Part shown: in pieces, positions 48,434-58,451 of the stretch
Position numbering within the stretch: the stretch's first letter is position 1
Layout of the letters: each line of letters starts with the position of its first letter
Assembly: GCA_029062005.1 (NCBI GenBank)
Contig: JAIDQZ010000041.1
Coordinates: 946 to 64,945, forward strand
Length of the DNA: 64,000 nt
Reading direction: 5' to 3'
From: Muribaculaceae bacterium
GTDB taxonomy: Bacteria > Bacteroidota > Bacteroidia > Bacteroidales > Muribaculaceae
Program-made: the position numbers and the translations under genes
Notes under the pieces: generated by a model
Told to the model about the DNA's origin: nothing
Databases searched by the model: none
The model's input: the letters and a program-made list of their open reading frames with translations, nothing else

Positions 48434-49804
48434 CTATTTATAGAGATTTAAGAAGTCGGGGAGCTCCGGAGACAGGTACCGTGGCACGCCATCTTTTATT
48501 ATGTTGCCGTTTTTATCAATCATTAAATAAGTCGGAAAGCTATGAACATTAAGATGCCCCATAATCCGATCGGTCATTTCTGCATCGTCTATAAAAATCT
48601 GTATAGTGTTTGATATAGTAGGGGCTAATTTAATCCAGTCTTCCTTGGTTGAACGAAGCCAAATTACAGCAAATCGGATGTCGCTGTCTTTGAAATGTTC
48701 CCTCAGTGACTTACTCCCCTTTAGTCCTTCCCGGCATGGACCGCACCCAGTCTCGCTTATGTCAAGGTATATAGGATGCCCTTTGTATTCATTTATAAGC
48801 CATTTCACAGGATTCTCGTCAGCAAATTCCTTGATTTTACCATCGGTATAGACAATGGCGCTACCGGTCTTAATTCCGTCAATTGAAATGTCGTTGATAG
48901 GCTCATCATGCCCATAAAGCCGGTCATAATATTTGTTATTGAAAAACACAGATCTGTCCGGTACCGGAGCATCTTCATCACAGGCATACATTATATCGCG
49001 GACAGTTCCTTTCGGGGCGTTGTCCCTGACATCCGGGAAATAATTCATTATCGCGGAAAGGTGATAGGGAAAGATCATTACCTTTGTATTTTCTTCATTA
49101 AAGATATCAAAGATCGGATCAAGGAAAAAAGCACGCTTTTCTTCAATATTCCTTCCGCTGTAGTCTAATGCGAGATTTGCAAGAGCATAAAGATTATCTG
49201 CATATAACATTGATATTACTTTATCTGACAAATTGTGCTTACGAGCATAGCTGTCGATACTGTCACGTACATAACTTACATATTTTTTAAATACGGGCAT
49301 ATATTCCTCAAATGCAATAGTATCAGGGGGCAAAACCACTGCATTTATTAATGAACTGATATTCTGAAAGGCATGGTCATACTGCTGATTTATTTCTGCA
49401 TGGTCTCCGGAAAATGAGACTGAAAGCGGAGAGGTGGAAGCATCTATGTCCATATATATGGAATCGCCAGGAGCTGCAAATGCGTTGATAAAGTTGCGTT
49501 TATTATAGTTTACAGTGAATGTGTGAGGATATGACAATGGAATATTTTTGCAGAAAGATCCATTGCTGTCAAGCTCACATATCTCCCTCACACTCTTGTC
49601 TGATGGATCACATTCTATTATCACTGTGGTGCGAGGCATTCCTTCCACGATATTCCTGAAACGTCCTGAGACTATTATTGAGTCTGATATTGATTCTTCA
49701 TCTGAAGAATTAAGATATTTATTGGTCGACTCTTTTGCCATGACGCATAGAGTTGATCCGATCAGCATCAACGATGCGACTATCATATATATTTTTTGAG
49801 TCAT
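48434..49804 (-). CDS. Exported protein with C-terminal TlpA/thioredoxin-like domain (CGPC)
   Basis: YLDISETGCGPC, SFPTYLMIDKNG. Start set at MTQKIY. Confidence 0.8.
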   Translation of the reverse strand: MTQKIYMIVASLMLIGSTLCVMAKESTNKYLNSSDEESISDSIIVSGRFRNIVEGMPRTTVIIECDPSDKSVREICELDSNGSFCKNIPLSYPHTFTVNYNKRNFINAFAAPGDSIYMDIDASTSPLSVSFSGDHAEINQQYDHAFQNISSLINAVVLPPDTIAFEEYMPVFKKYVSYVRDSIDSYARKHNLSDKVISMLYADNLYALANLALDYSGRNIEEKRAFFLDPIFDIFNEENTKVMIFPYHLSAIMNYFPDVRDNAPKGTVRDIMYACDEDAPVPDRSVFFNNKYYDRLYGHDEPINDISIDGIKTGSAIVYTDGKIKEFADENPVKWLINEYKGHPIYLDISETGCGPCREGLKGSKSLREHFKDSDIRFAVIWLRSTKEDWIKLAPTISNTIQIFIDDAEMTDRIMGHLNVHSFPTYLMIDKNGNIIKDGVPRYLSPELPDFLNLYK

Positions 49805-50238
49805 AATTATATTGTTACGTTTTATGTATGTTCTGCCTGCACAAAAGGTGTTCAACCTATCGTGCATAATATTTACCGGAAATATTTTACACTAATAATT
49901 CTTCTGGCAAAGATACTCAAAAATTTAGATAATATCGTAAAATAAACCGGGAATAGTCTCCAAATTTGAAATAATTTTATCATTACGATAATCACAAAAT
50001 GGCTACATTTCTTGGGCAGTGCATGGCTGCTTGAGATTGCGAAATTTGATTTAGTTAAATAAATGCATATTGTTGCAGTTGTGGAAATTTAATATTACCT
50101 TTGTGAATCTGAATCCATGCATATCTCAATGTAAAACGGTTTGATGAGATATATTGTTGAGTTTAAGGTAATTAGGTTTATGTTTGGAGATATGCGGTGA
50201 TGATGACCGTGAATTTGTTCTTTAACCAGTGTTTTTTT

Positions 50239-50730
50239 ATGAAAAAGTATCCAAATGTCCGCATTGCGCTCACATTGGCATCGATTGCAGCAGTCGGTGT
50301 CGCTTTCGGTTCTCCGGATGACATTGTGGTCCGGATGTCGAATGGCTCGGCTTCCTATAAGGCGGATTTAAGTAAGAGTCCCCGAATCACATTCCAGGGG
50401 TCTTCGATGGTGATAAACACCGCCGGGGAGCCTGAAGTGTCGTTTCCTGTAAGGGATATCGAACGCTTGGTGTTCGATCTTGCCACATCCTCAATAGAAG
50501 AACTGGAGTCTTCCTTGACAGAAGAACTGACTTTCGTCGTAGAACGAAAGAAAGTCAGAATAATATCAGCATCGGGAGGCGATGTCGAACTGCGTGTCTT
50601 CGATGCATCCGGTCGGCAGATCGACGCAGTGTCTGCCTCAGGAGAGGCTGAATATGATTTCTCCGGCATGAATACCGGGGTGTATATTATCACCTCTGCA
50701 GGTAAAAGTATTAAATATCTCAACAAATGA
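50239..50730 (+). CDS. Small T9SS type-A CTD protein
   Basis: Signal peptide; C-terminus LRVFDASGRQI...GVYIITSAGKSIKYLNK resembles a type A CTD. Confidence 0.75.
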   Translation: MKKYPNVRIALTLASIAAVGVAFGSPDDIVVRMSNGSASYKADLSKSPRITFQGSSMVINTAGEPEVSFPVRDIERLVFDLATSSIEELESSLTEELTFVVERKKVRIISASGGDVELRVFDASGRQIDAVSASGEAEYDFSGMNTGVYIITSAGKSIKYLNK

Positions 50731-52487
50731 AGCTAAAATCCATAAAGATGAAAAAAATATACGCGATAATATCAATATGCTGCATCGCAGTTAGTGCAAT
50801 AGCGTTTGCTGTTGGTCCGACAATGGTAGTGAAACTCAAAGACGGGAGCAAGCAGGAATATGCTATCTCAGATATCGAGGAGATCACATTTGATGATGAT
50901 GGTGAAGCCGATCCGGAAAACGATATAGCAATAGACGTTACACAGCTTACCGTAAGTTCAGTAAAGGCAACATTCAAAGCGTCAGATCCAACCCAGACAT
51001 TCCTCTTCGGAATAGTAGCAAAGGAAAAATTTGATGAGATCGGCGGCGACAGTGAATTTCTTGATTATGAGATCTCGCGTCTGACTGCTGAAGCAGAAGA
51101 CTGGTGGTTCGATTCTCTTTCCGACTATCTTGATTTCCTGCTGTCTGACTGGAATCCGGACGACCAGAAGCTGAACCGGGATAATCTTTCAGTAGACACA
51201 GACTACTATATTTATGCCTATGGCATAACCATTTCGGGCGAATTTACCACCGGTCTTATCAAGAAACCGGTTCATACCCCCGGCTATATGGATGTTAACT
51301 TTAATCTGAAAGCAACAGATATCACCTCTTCTTCGGTTACGCTGACCGCATCTCCCGACAATCAGTCGATATATTACTATCTCGGTTTCATCTCCAAGAA
51401 TGAATTTGAAAATGAATTCAGAGGTGACGAAGAGTACGTGATCAATAATGCTCTCGCTTCCATACGCATGGCTATAGGTAACGACGGATCGAAGCTCGGA
51501 GAGATGGCTTCAGTTCGCAAGGGTAACGGTACTCAGGAGCTGACCCACCTTACGCCGGACATGGAATACTATTGTCTCGCCTTCGGAATTGACGAGAGTG
51601 TTTCCGCCTCCACGACACTGTCGAAAATTCCCTTCAAGACTTCTCCGGTTGCAATCACCGATGATTGCACGTTTGATGTGACTGTTGCTTCGGTCGAACC
51701 TATGTTTATTAACCTTGACGTAAAGCCGAGCAACCCGTCGACACGTTATTTCGTGACAATCCGCAAGACTGCCGATACAGCTTCTCTCACTCCCGGTCAG
51801 GTTGCGGACAATGAGATCGCATTTCAGAATGGTTTCCAGCCTCCTATCGACTGGAGTAAAGATCCGCGTGTGTTCTCAGGCGACCGCACTCTAAACTCAC
51901 GCAGGAATCTCGGTGTGACCATCATCATGCCTTCTACAGAATATACAGCCTATGTCTTTGGCGTAAGCTCTGAAGGAGTCCGGACTACCGCAGTCTCGAC
52001 ACTCAGTGTGACCACTCCTGCACCGGAGCCTTCATCGATGACACTCAAGATTTCAGACGTAACAGCAGGAGGCGAATCAGATCCGAATGACTGGTCGGGA
52101 TGGGGTCCTAAACTTTGCTATTTCTCATATAGTGTGACTCCGTCGGTAGACAACCAATACTATTACACAGGAGCCGTGAAGAAGTCAGACTACGAGAAGT
52201 TTGCCACTGATGCAGACTTTATGGCAGATGTGATCAAAACTGCGGGTGAGACGATAATGATGAACTGCTATATGGGCGCTGACAACAGCGTGCTCACATC
52301 CTCGCCCGTTCCTTTTAAGACTACTGCAGACTATGCGGGTGCATCAATCGTCAACGGTCAGGATTACTATGTGTTTGCGTTTGGTTTCGCCGGCATAGCT
52401 ACTACTTCTTTATATAAAGAAGAGACTAAAGCCGACGACGGTTCCGGTTCTTCCGGCGGCGGTGACTGGGGCTGGGGTGATTTCTGA
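50727..52487 (+). CDS. Exported protein with four FN3-like beta-sandwich repeats
   Basis: SPI-type signal; four units each ending Y.(I/C/A/V)(Y/L/F)(A/V)(Y/F)G; 4-nt overlap with the upstream gene. Confidence 0.75.
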   Translation: MKLKSIKMKKIYAIISICCIAVSAIAFAVGPTMVVKLKDGSKQEYAISDIEEITFDDDGEADPENDIAIDVTQLTVSSVKATFKASDPTQTFLFGIVAKEKFDEIGGDSEFLDYEISRLTAEAEDWWFDSLSDYLDFLLSDWNPDDQKLNRDNLSVDTDYYIYAYGITISGEFTTGLIKKPVHTPGYMDVNFNLKATDITSSSVTLTASPDNQSIYYYLGFISKNEFENEFRGDEEYVINNALASIRMAIGNDGSKLGEMASVRKGNGTQELTHLTPDMEYYCLAFGIDESVSASTTLSKIPFKTSPVAITDDCTFDVTVASVEPMFINLDVKPSNPSTRYFVTIRKTADTASLTPGQVADNEIAFQNGFQPPIDWSKDPRVFSGDRTLNSRRNLGVTIIMPSTEYTAYVFGVSSEGVRTTAVSTLSVTTPAPEPSSMTLKISDVTAGGESDPNDWSGWGPKLCYFSYSVTPSVDNQYYYTGAVKKSDYEKFATDADFMADVIKTAGETIMMNCYMGADNSVLTSSPVPFKTTADYAGASIVNGQDYYVFAFGFAGIATTSLYKEETKADDGSGSSGGGDWGWGDF

Positions 52488-52524
52488 CAATAATTCGCTC
52501 TCCTGAAATCCCGCCAGGAAATAT

Positions 52525-52565
52525 AGAATCGCAACTACGGCTGCATCTGCCGTGGTTGCGATTCT
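52525..52565 (+). terminator. Long hairpin ending the T9SS pair
   Basis: AGAATCGCAACTACGGC/GCCGTGGTTGCGATTCT, 17-bp stem. Confidence 0.75.
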
Positions 52566-52662
52566 CTTGTTCTGTTTGTATATGTTTCCTGCTCAAAAAA
52601 ACTTCATTTGCAGATTTCACAGATTATGACTATCTTTGCAGAAACATACCTGAATATCTGAG

Positions 52663-55600
52663 ATGAAACTAACCTATTTTCGAATACTTGCTCTCATTGC
52701 AATGGCAGTCCCGGGAGTGACAGCCATGCATGCCGGAAAAGCAGTCTCCGGTCTAAACGCCAAAGAATTTAAGAAGTATTGGACAGTAGAATCGGAAGGA
52801 CCCTGCAAAGTCACTTTCAGGGGTGATACAGCTGAATTCACCGCGCCGAAAGGATTGAGTGTATGGCGTAAGGAAAAGATGAGCGGCAGAACAGTCATCG
52901 AATATGACGCACAGGTCGTGACTGAAAGTCCGGATGACCGGCTCAGCGATCTCAACTGCTTCTGGATGGCTTCAGATCCCAACGCTCCGGATCCTTGGAA
53001 AAACCTTAATAAAAGAGGGGGCAAGTTTGTCAATTCATATTCATTGCAATTGTATTATCTCGGTTATGGGGGTAATCACAACTCCACCACACGTTTCCGC
53101 CGCTACAATGGCGATGCCAGAGGTGTGGATGATCCGGAGTATCGTCCCGTCGTAATTACAGAGTATACCGATGCCGACCACCTTCTGAAACCGGGCAAGT
53201 GGTATCATATCAAGATCACTCATGACGGTCTGCGCACACAATATTTCATTGACGGCGAGCGTCTGGTAGATTTTCGCGATCCTGCTCCTCTTACAGAAGG
53301 ATGGTTCGCATTCCGCACTACGCTCAGCCGAACCCGGATGACCAACTTCTCTTATTCTTGCGAACCCCTTCAGGAGACCGAAGTTCCTCTCGCGTGGGTA
53401 GGAAAGGCACCTGAATCGGATGTGCCGGTGACATTCGGCGTGCCGTTTGATGCCGGTGCTGTCACAAAGACGACACCGTTGTCCATCGCTTCCGGAGCTT
53501 TGGAAATCCCCACGGAAAGCTGGCCTCTTGCATTCTGGCCTGACGGCACGGTGAAATGGGCAGCTGTTTCCGGCACCATACCGGCTGGAGCTGACAATCT
53601 CACAGTGTGCATCGGAACCCGGGACAAGAAGTCACCGGATAAGGTAAAAAAGCATCTTCTGGCAGAAGATGACGGAAATCGCATAGTGGTGCGGGCAGGC
53701 AATTCTAACGTCTATATCCCCAAAGTCTCTTCGTCGGTGCACACAGTAGAAAATATCATAGATTCAATTGTGACCGCGGGCGTAAAGACTGCTGTCGACG
53801 GTCATCTTGTGGGGACTGTGAAGGATTCTCCCTATGAGGGTTCTGTATCTTCTGCTTCCATGAAGAGCAGGCTGCTATATTCCGGTATCGAGCGAAACGG
53901 TGCCGAGCGGGCTGTGATATTACTGAAAGGAGTTCACAGATCGGAAGATGGACGTGAATGGCTCCCATGGACAGTCCGTCTGATCGCATCGGGTACGAGC
54001 CCCGAAATCAAGATGACTCATTCTTTCATTTTTGACGGAGACCAGGATAAGGATTTCATTTCATCACTCGGCATTGCCTTCGGCGTGCCTATGAGAGAAC
54101 GTACATACAACCGGCATGTAGCCTTCTCCACTGCAGACGGCGGCGTATGGAGCGAGCCTGTGCAGCCGCTTGTGGGCAGACGAGTGCTCCGAAATCCTGA
54201 GACCGGTCAGTTCACCCCGTCAGTTCAGGAAATGCAGATGAAGGGAGAAAGAGTCTTCGATTATTCCGAATTTGATGATGCCGGACAAAAGCTTATCGAC
54301 GAATGGGCGGAGTGGGACGGTTTCCGTCTGTCGCAGAATGGTCCTGATGGATTCACAATACGCAAGAAAGCGACTTCGGGATCGCCGTGGATAGGCACTT
54401 ATGGAGGACATCGTGCCGACGGAGCCGTCTATGCCGGAGATGTGACAGGAGGATTGACAATATCAATGAAAGACTTCTGGCAGTCATATCCTTCCGGACT
54501 TGAGGTGGAGGGTGCGCGGACTCCTGTCGCTACCATTACAGCATGGCTCTGGAATCCGGATGCATCGCCGATGGATCTCCGCCACTACGATGAGCGCCCG
54601 CATGGCCTGAATTCAAGCTATGAGGACGTGCAGGAAGGAATGAGCACGCCTTACGGCATTGCCCGCACATCGAGTATCACCATACGCCCCGACGAAGGCT
54701 ACAGGGGCAAACAGAACTTTTCCGCCAATGCGGCTGCAGCCGGACTTGAGAGTGTGTTGCTCCCGACTCCCGACTATCTGCACCGGCACAAGGCATTCGG
54801 CATATGGGGCCTGCCTGACCGTTCTACCCCCTCACGAGCCGAGGTAGAAGATCGTCTTGACGATTATGCTGATTTCTATAAGCATGCAATCGAAGAAAAC
54901 CGCTGGTATGGATTCTGGAATTACGGTGACGTGATGCACGCCTATGACCCCGTACGCCATGAATGGCGATATGACGTGGGCGGATATGCCTGGGACAATA
55001 CAGAGCTCGGCAGCAATCTCTGGCTATGGTATCAGTTTCTGCGCACGGCGGATCCGGAGCTATGGAGAATGGCTACAGCCATGACCCGGCATGCATCGGA
55101 AGTGGATGTGTATCATATCGGTCCCAATGCAGGTCTCGGCAGCCGCCACAATGTCAGCCACTGGGGGTGTGGTGCAAAAGAGGCACGTATCAGTCAGGCG
55201 GGATTTAACCGTATCATGTATTATCTCACCGCGGACGAACGGCTCGGCGACCTTATGAGCGACGTCACCGATTCGGATCATAAATTATATACGATAGATC
55301 CTATGCGTCTTGCACAGCCCCGTGAGCAATATCCCTGCAGTGCCCCTGCCAGACTACGCTTCGGACCGGACTGGCTTGCGTATGCCGGCAACTGGATGAC
55401 AGAATGGGAGAGAACCGGAAATACAGCCTACCGCGACAAGATAAAGGCTGGAATGAAGAGTATATGTGCGCTTCCGAGCAGGCTCTTCACCGGACCGCTT
55501 GCCCTCGGATATGATCCAGCCACAGGCGTGATAACATCGGAATGCGACCCTGCTCTTCAGACCACCAACCACCTTATGACAATCATGGGAGGATTCGAGA

Positions 55601-55953
55601 TCAACAATGAGCTTATGGATCTGATTCCTGACGAAGACTGGGAAGACGCATGGCTTGAGCATGCGGCGCATTATAAGCATAAGGCACGTGAGATATTGCG
55701 CAATAAATTCAGGGTGTCACGTCTGCAGTCTTATGCAGCGTGGAAACTTGGCGACAAGGCGCTCGCCGAGGAGGCTTGGCACGATCTCATGACCACTTCC
55801 GAGCATGCGGAGGCCCCGCGTATGGAAGTGAGCGTGATTGAAGGGGCGGAGGTTCCGGCTCCGTTGCATGAGGCATCACCGATCAGTACCAACGACGCCG
55901 CGCTCTGGAGTCTTGATGCTATATATATGCAGGAAGTGATACCACGTGATTAA
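52663..55953 (+). CDS. DUF6250-like lectin-fold domain fused to an exo-rhamnogalacturonan lyase (PL26/YetA-like)
   Basis: N-terminal SDLNCFWMA...YYLGYGGNHNSTTRFRRY; C-terminal WYGFWNYGDVMHAYD..RHEWRYDVGGYAWDNTE and GLGSRHNVSHWG. Confidence 0.75.
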   Translation: MKLTYFRILALIAMAVPGVTAMHAGKAVSGLNAKEFKKYWTVESEGPCKVTFRGDTAEFTAPKGLSVWRKEKMSGRTVIEYDAQVVTESPDDRLSDLNCFWMASDPNAPDPWKNLNKRGGKFVNSYSLQLYYLGYGGNHNSTTRFRRYNGDARGVDDPEYRPVVITEYTDADHLLKPGKWYHIKITHDGLRTQYFIDGERLVDFRDPAPLTEGWFAFRTTLSRTRMTNFSYSCEPLQETEVPLAWVGKAPESDVPVTFGVPFDAGAVTKTTPLSIASGALEIPTESWPLAFWPDGTVKWAAVSGTIPAGADNLTVCIGTRDKKSPDKVKKHLLAEDDGNRIVVRAGNSNVYIPKVSSSVHTVENIIDSIVTAGVKTAVDGHLVGTVKDSPYEGSVSSASMKSRLLYSGIERNGAERAVILLKGVHRSEDGREWLPWTVRLIASGTSPEIKMTHSFIFDGDQDKDFISSLGIAFGVPMRERTYNRHVAFSTADGGVWSEPVQPLVGRRVLRNPETGQFTPSVQEMQMKGERVFDYSEFDDAGQKLIDEWAEWDGFRLSQNGPDGFTIRKKATSGSPWIGTYGGHRADGAVYAGDVTGGLTISMKDFWQSYPSGLEVEGARTPVATITAWLWNPDASPMDLRHYDERPHGLNSSYEDVQEGMSTPYGIARTSSITIRPDEGYRGKQNFSANAAAAGLESVLLPTPDYLHRHKAFGIWGLPDRSTPSRAEVEDRLDDYADFYKHAIEENRWYGFWNYGDVMHAYDPVRHEWRYDVGGYAWDNTELGSNLWLWYQFLRTADPELWRMATAMTRHASEVDVYHIGPNAGLGSRHNVSHWGCGAKEARISQAGFNRIMYYLTADERLGDLMSDVTDSDHKLYTIDPMRLAQPREQYPCSAPARLRFGPDWLAYAGNWMTEWERTGNTAYRDKIKAGMKSICALPSRLFTGPLALGYDPATGVITSECDPALQTTNHLMTIMGGFEINNELMDLIPDEDWEDAWLEHAAHYKHKAREILRNKFRVSRLQSYAAWKLGDKALAEEAWHDLMTTSEHAEAPRMEVSVIEGAEVPAPLHEASPISTNDAALWSLDAIYMQEVIPRD

Positions 55954-55993
55954 TATAGAATTGAGAATGTAGAATAATAGAGAATTTAGGATT

Positions 55994-56203
55994 ATGATTT
56001 GTTTTATAGGCGGTCTCGGTCTTTCAGAGGTATTGGTTATCGCACTTGTGGTGCTTCTTTTCTTCGGAGGGAAGAAAATCCCTGAACTTATGAAGGGACT
56101 TGGCAAGGGAGTGCGATCCTTCAAGGACGGCATGAAGGAAGTGCAGTCCGGTCTGGACGATGACAGTAAGGAGGAAACTAAAAAAGAAGAGGAAAAGAAG
56201 TAA
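55994..56203 (+). CDS. tatA: Twin-arginine translocase TatA/TatE
   Basis: [26 protein letters not shown]. Confidence 0.93.
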   Translation: MICFIGGLGLSEVLVIALVVLLFFGGKKIPELMKGLGKGVRSFKDGMKEVQSGLDDDSKEETKKEEEKK

Positions 56204-56207
56204 GGCG

Positions 56208-57002
56208 ATGAAGGAATCGTCTGAAAAACAAGGAGATGGTTCCGAACAGACATTCTGGGATCATCTTGATGTGCTGCGTGGCGTGCTTATCCGTATCCTC
56301 GTGGTAACGCTTATATTGACAGTGGTGGCATTCTGCCTCAAGGATGAGGTTTTCGCTATAGTGCTTGCTCCTAAATCGCCTGATTTCATCCTTTACCGTC
56401 TGCTCTCAGATCTGTCTGCAAGAATTGGCTTCAGCGTGACTGACACTTTTGATGTGAGTCTTATCAACACTGGGCTTGCCCAGCAGTTTATGATACATAT
56501 GAAGACAGCCTTCTGTGTCGCCCTGATCGTAGCCTCGCCCTACATCCTTCATCAGCTCTTCAGCTTTGTGTCTCCGGCACTTTATGAGAGCGAACGGAAA
56601 TCTTCACTGCGACTCCTGATCGGTGGATATGTGATGTTTATGATTGGGGTGGCATTAAGCTATTTTATAATCTTTCCACTTACATTCAGGTTTCTTGGCA
56701 CTTATCAGGTTTCGGCGGAGGTGACCAACCTGATATCGCTTGAGTCATACATGAGTGTGCTGATCATGCTCTGTCTTTTCATGGGCATCATGTGTGAGCT
56801 CCCTGTCATTTCGTATATAGCCGCGAAAGCCGGAATCATTGACTCCGGCTTTCTGAAAAGATACAGGCGGCATGCCGTCCTGGTAATACTTGTAGTCTGT
56901 GCGATAATCACGCCTACATCCGACGCATTCACGCTTCTTATAGTCTCTCTTCCGATCTGGCTCCTTTATGAAGTTTCGATCTTGATATCACGCAGAGCCT
57001 GA
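56208..57002 (+). CDS. tatC: Twin-arginine translocase TatC
   Basis: FWDHLDVLR, FVSPALYESE, ELPV, AIITP..D, PIWLLYEVS. Confidence 0.94.
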   Translation: MKESSEKQGDGSEQTFWDHLDVLRGVLIRILVVTLILTVVAFCLKDEVFAIVLAPKSPDFILYRLLSDLSARIGFSVTDTFDVSLINTGLAQQFMIHMKTAFCVALIVASPYILHQLFSFVSPALYESERKSSLRLLIGGYVMFMIGVALSYFIIFPLTFRFLGTYQVSAEVTNLISLESYMSVLIMLCLFMGIMCELPVISYIAAKAGIIDSGFLKRYRRHAVLVILVVCAIITPTSDAFTLLIVSLPIWLLYEVSILISRRA

Positions 57003-57007
57003 TCGCG

Positions 57008-57505
57008 TCACTTGCCTGCCTCTTCCTTTATCTTGGAAAGGGCTTCGATCGGACTGTAGGTGTTGCGCGCTTTCGGGTTGAAAGTGATTGTTACGGTATC
57101 GTTGTTGGCTATGTAATTTACATACATTTCAGTGCTGTCATTGCCAACTGTGACGGGGAGACCGTTCTTGTCGGTGGCTACATATACGCTGTCTTCCTTC
57201 TGGAAGCCTTTCTCAAGCATAAGGATCTGCTTGATCTTGGTGCGGTTGCCGTTTTCGTACACGAATACTACAGATTGCTCCGGGCTAAGGGCATATATCA
57301 CGCGTCCGTCAAACTGCCCTTTGCGGGAGTCCTTGCCTTTTATGTCGAAATACGTGGCATCATAAATACCGCTTTCCACCGGTTGCTTCTCAGCGAACGC
57401 CTCATTTGCTTCAGCCTCGGCTTCCTTTTCCTTGCTCGCGTTGCCGCCGCATGATGCCATCATGAAGGCAACTCCGCAGAGTCCTAAGAATTTCAAAGTT
57501 TTCAT
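57008..57505 (-). CDS. Hypothetical lipoprotein
   Basis: Lipobox MASC-GG. Confidence 0.65.
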   Translation of the reverse strand: MKTLKFLGLCGVAFMMASCGGNASKEKEAEAEANEAFAEKQPVESGIYDATYFDIKGKDSRKGQFDGRVIYALSPEQSVVFVYENGNRTKIKQILMLEKGFQKEDSVYVATDKNGLPVTVGNDSTEMYVNYIANNDTVTITFNPKARNTYSPIEALSKIKEEAGK

Positions 57506-57731
57506 GTCTTTAGTAATTTGGGGTTATACTCATATAGTTATAACGTCTCCCGGAGATGAAATGTTATATAGCTTCTTATCTGTTTTTAATTAAGAAATAT
57601 ACATGGATCATTATGAATTGACCTGCAACTTTTGTGCGCCGGGGGTGTTATAAAGGTAAAGGAGGATAGATGCAGATGGAGCGGGGGAGTTCTCTCCGGT
57701 ATTGTTCAACCACCTTTAAATCTCATTGACT

Positions 57732-58025
57732 ATGGACGTTAAGATCAAAGCGATTCATTTCGACATCAGCGACAAGCTTGAAGCTTTCACCAACAAGAAA
57801 ATCGAGAAACTCGTCCGCAGGTTCGATGCCATCGGCGGCGTAAATGTCAACTATACCCTCGTGAAGCCGGAAACCAACAATAATAAGGAAGCCGGTGTGG
57901 AACTCATCGTTCCCGGATCATCTCCCATTTTTGCATCAAAGACAGCAGACTCTTTCGAAGAGGCTCTTGACCTCGCTCTTGTGGCTCTTGAAAACCGTCT
58001 CGAACGCAACAAGGAAAAGAAGTGA
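57732..58025 (+). CDS. hpf: Ribosome hibernation promoting factor (RaiA/HPF)
   Basis: MDVKIKAIHF, TADSFEEALDL. Confidence 0.88.
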   Translation: MDVKIKAIHFDISDKLEAFTNKKIEKLVRRFDAIGGVNVNYTLVKPETNNNKEAGVELIVPGSSPIFASKTADSFEEALDLALVALENRLERNKEKK

Positions 58026-58028
58026 CGG

Positions 58029-58451
58029 ATGGGACGCCTTCTCGACAAAGTAAGGATATTTGAATTCTCAAAAGTATGTGACCCGCGCGGCAACCTTTCT
58101 TTTATAGAGGAAGGTTGCCACGTGCCATTTTCCATAAAAAGGGTATTCTATATCTATGATGTACCCGGCGGAGAGACCCGCGGTGGACATGCGCACAGGG
58201 AAAACTCGACTGTGCTGATAGCTGTGTCAGGCTCGTTCGATCTTCATCTCACGGACGGAGAAGACACTATGGTGATCCGTATGAACCGTGCCAACAAGGG
58301 AGTGCTGATCCCCCCGGGAGTCTGGGATTCGATGCATGATTTCACTACCGGCACTGTCTGTCTCGCCCTATGTGACCATCATTATGAAGAAGAAGACTAT
58401 ATAAGGGATCTTGACGAATATAATGAATTTCTTAAATCTCGCAAAGACTAA
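58029..58451 (+). CDS. dTDP-4-keto-6-deoxyhexose 3,4-ketoisomerase (FdtA/QdtA/WxcM-like cupin)
   Basis: DPRGNL, KRVFYIYDVP, RGGHAH, YEEEDYIRD. Confidence 0.88.
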   Translation: MGRLLDKVRIFEFSKVCDPRGNLSFIEEGCHVPFSIKRVFYIYDVPGGETRGGHAHRENSTVLIAVSGSFDLHLTDGEDTMVIRMNRANKGVLIPPGVWDSMHDFTTGTVCLALCDHHYEEEDYIRDLDEYNEFLKSRKD

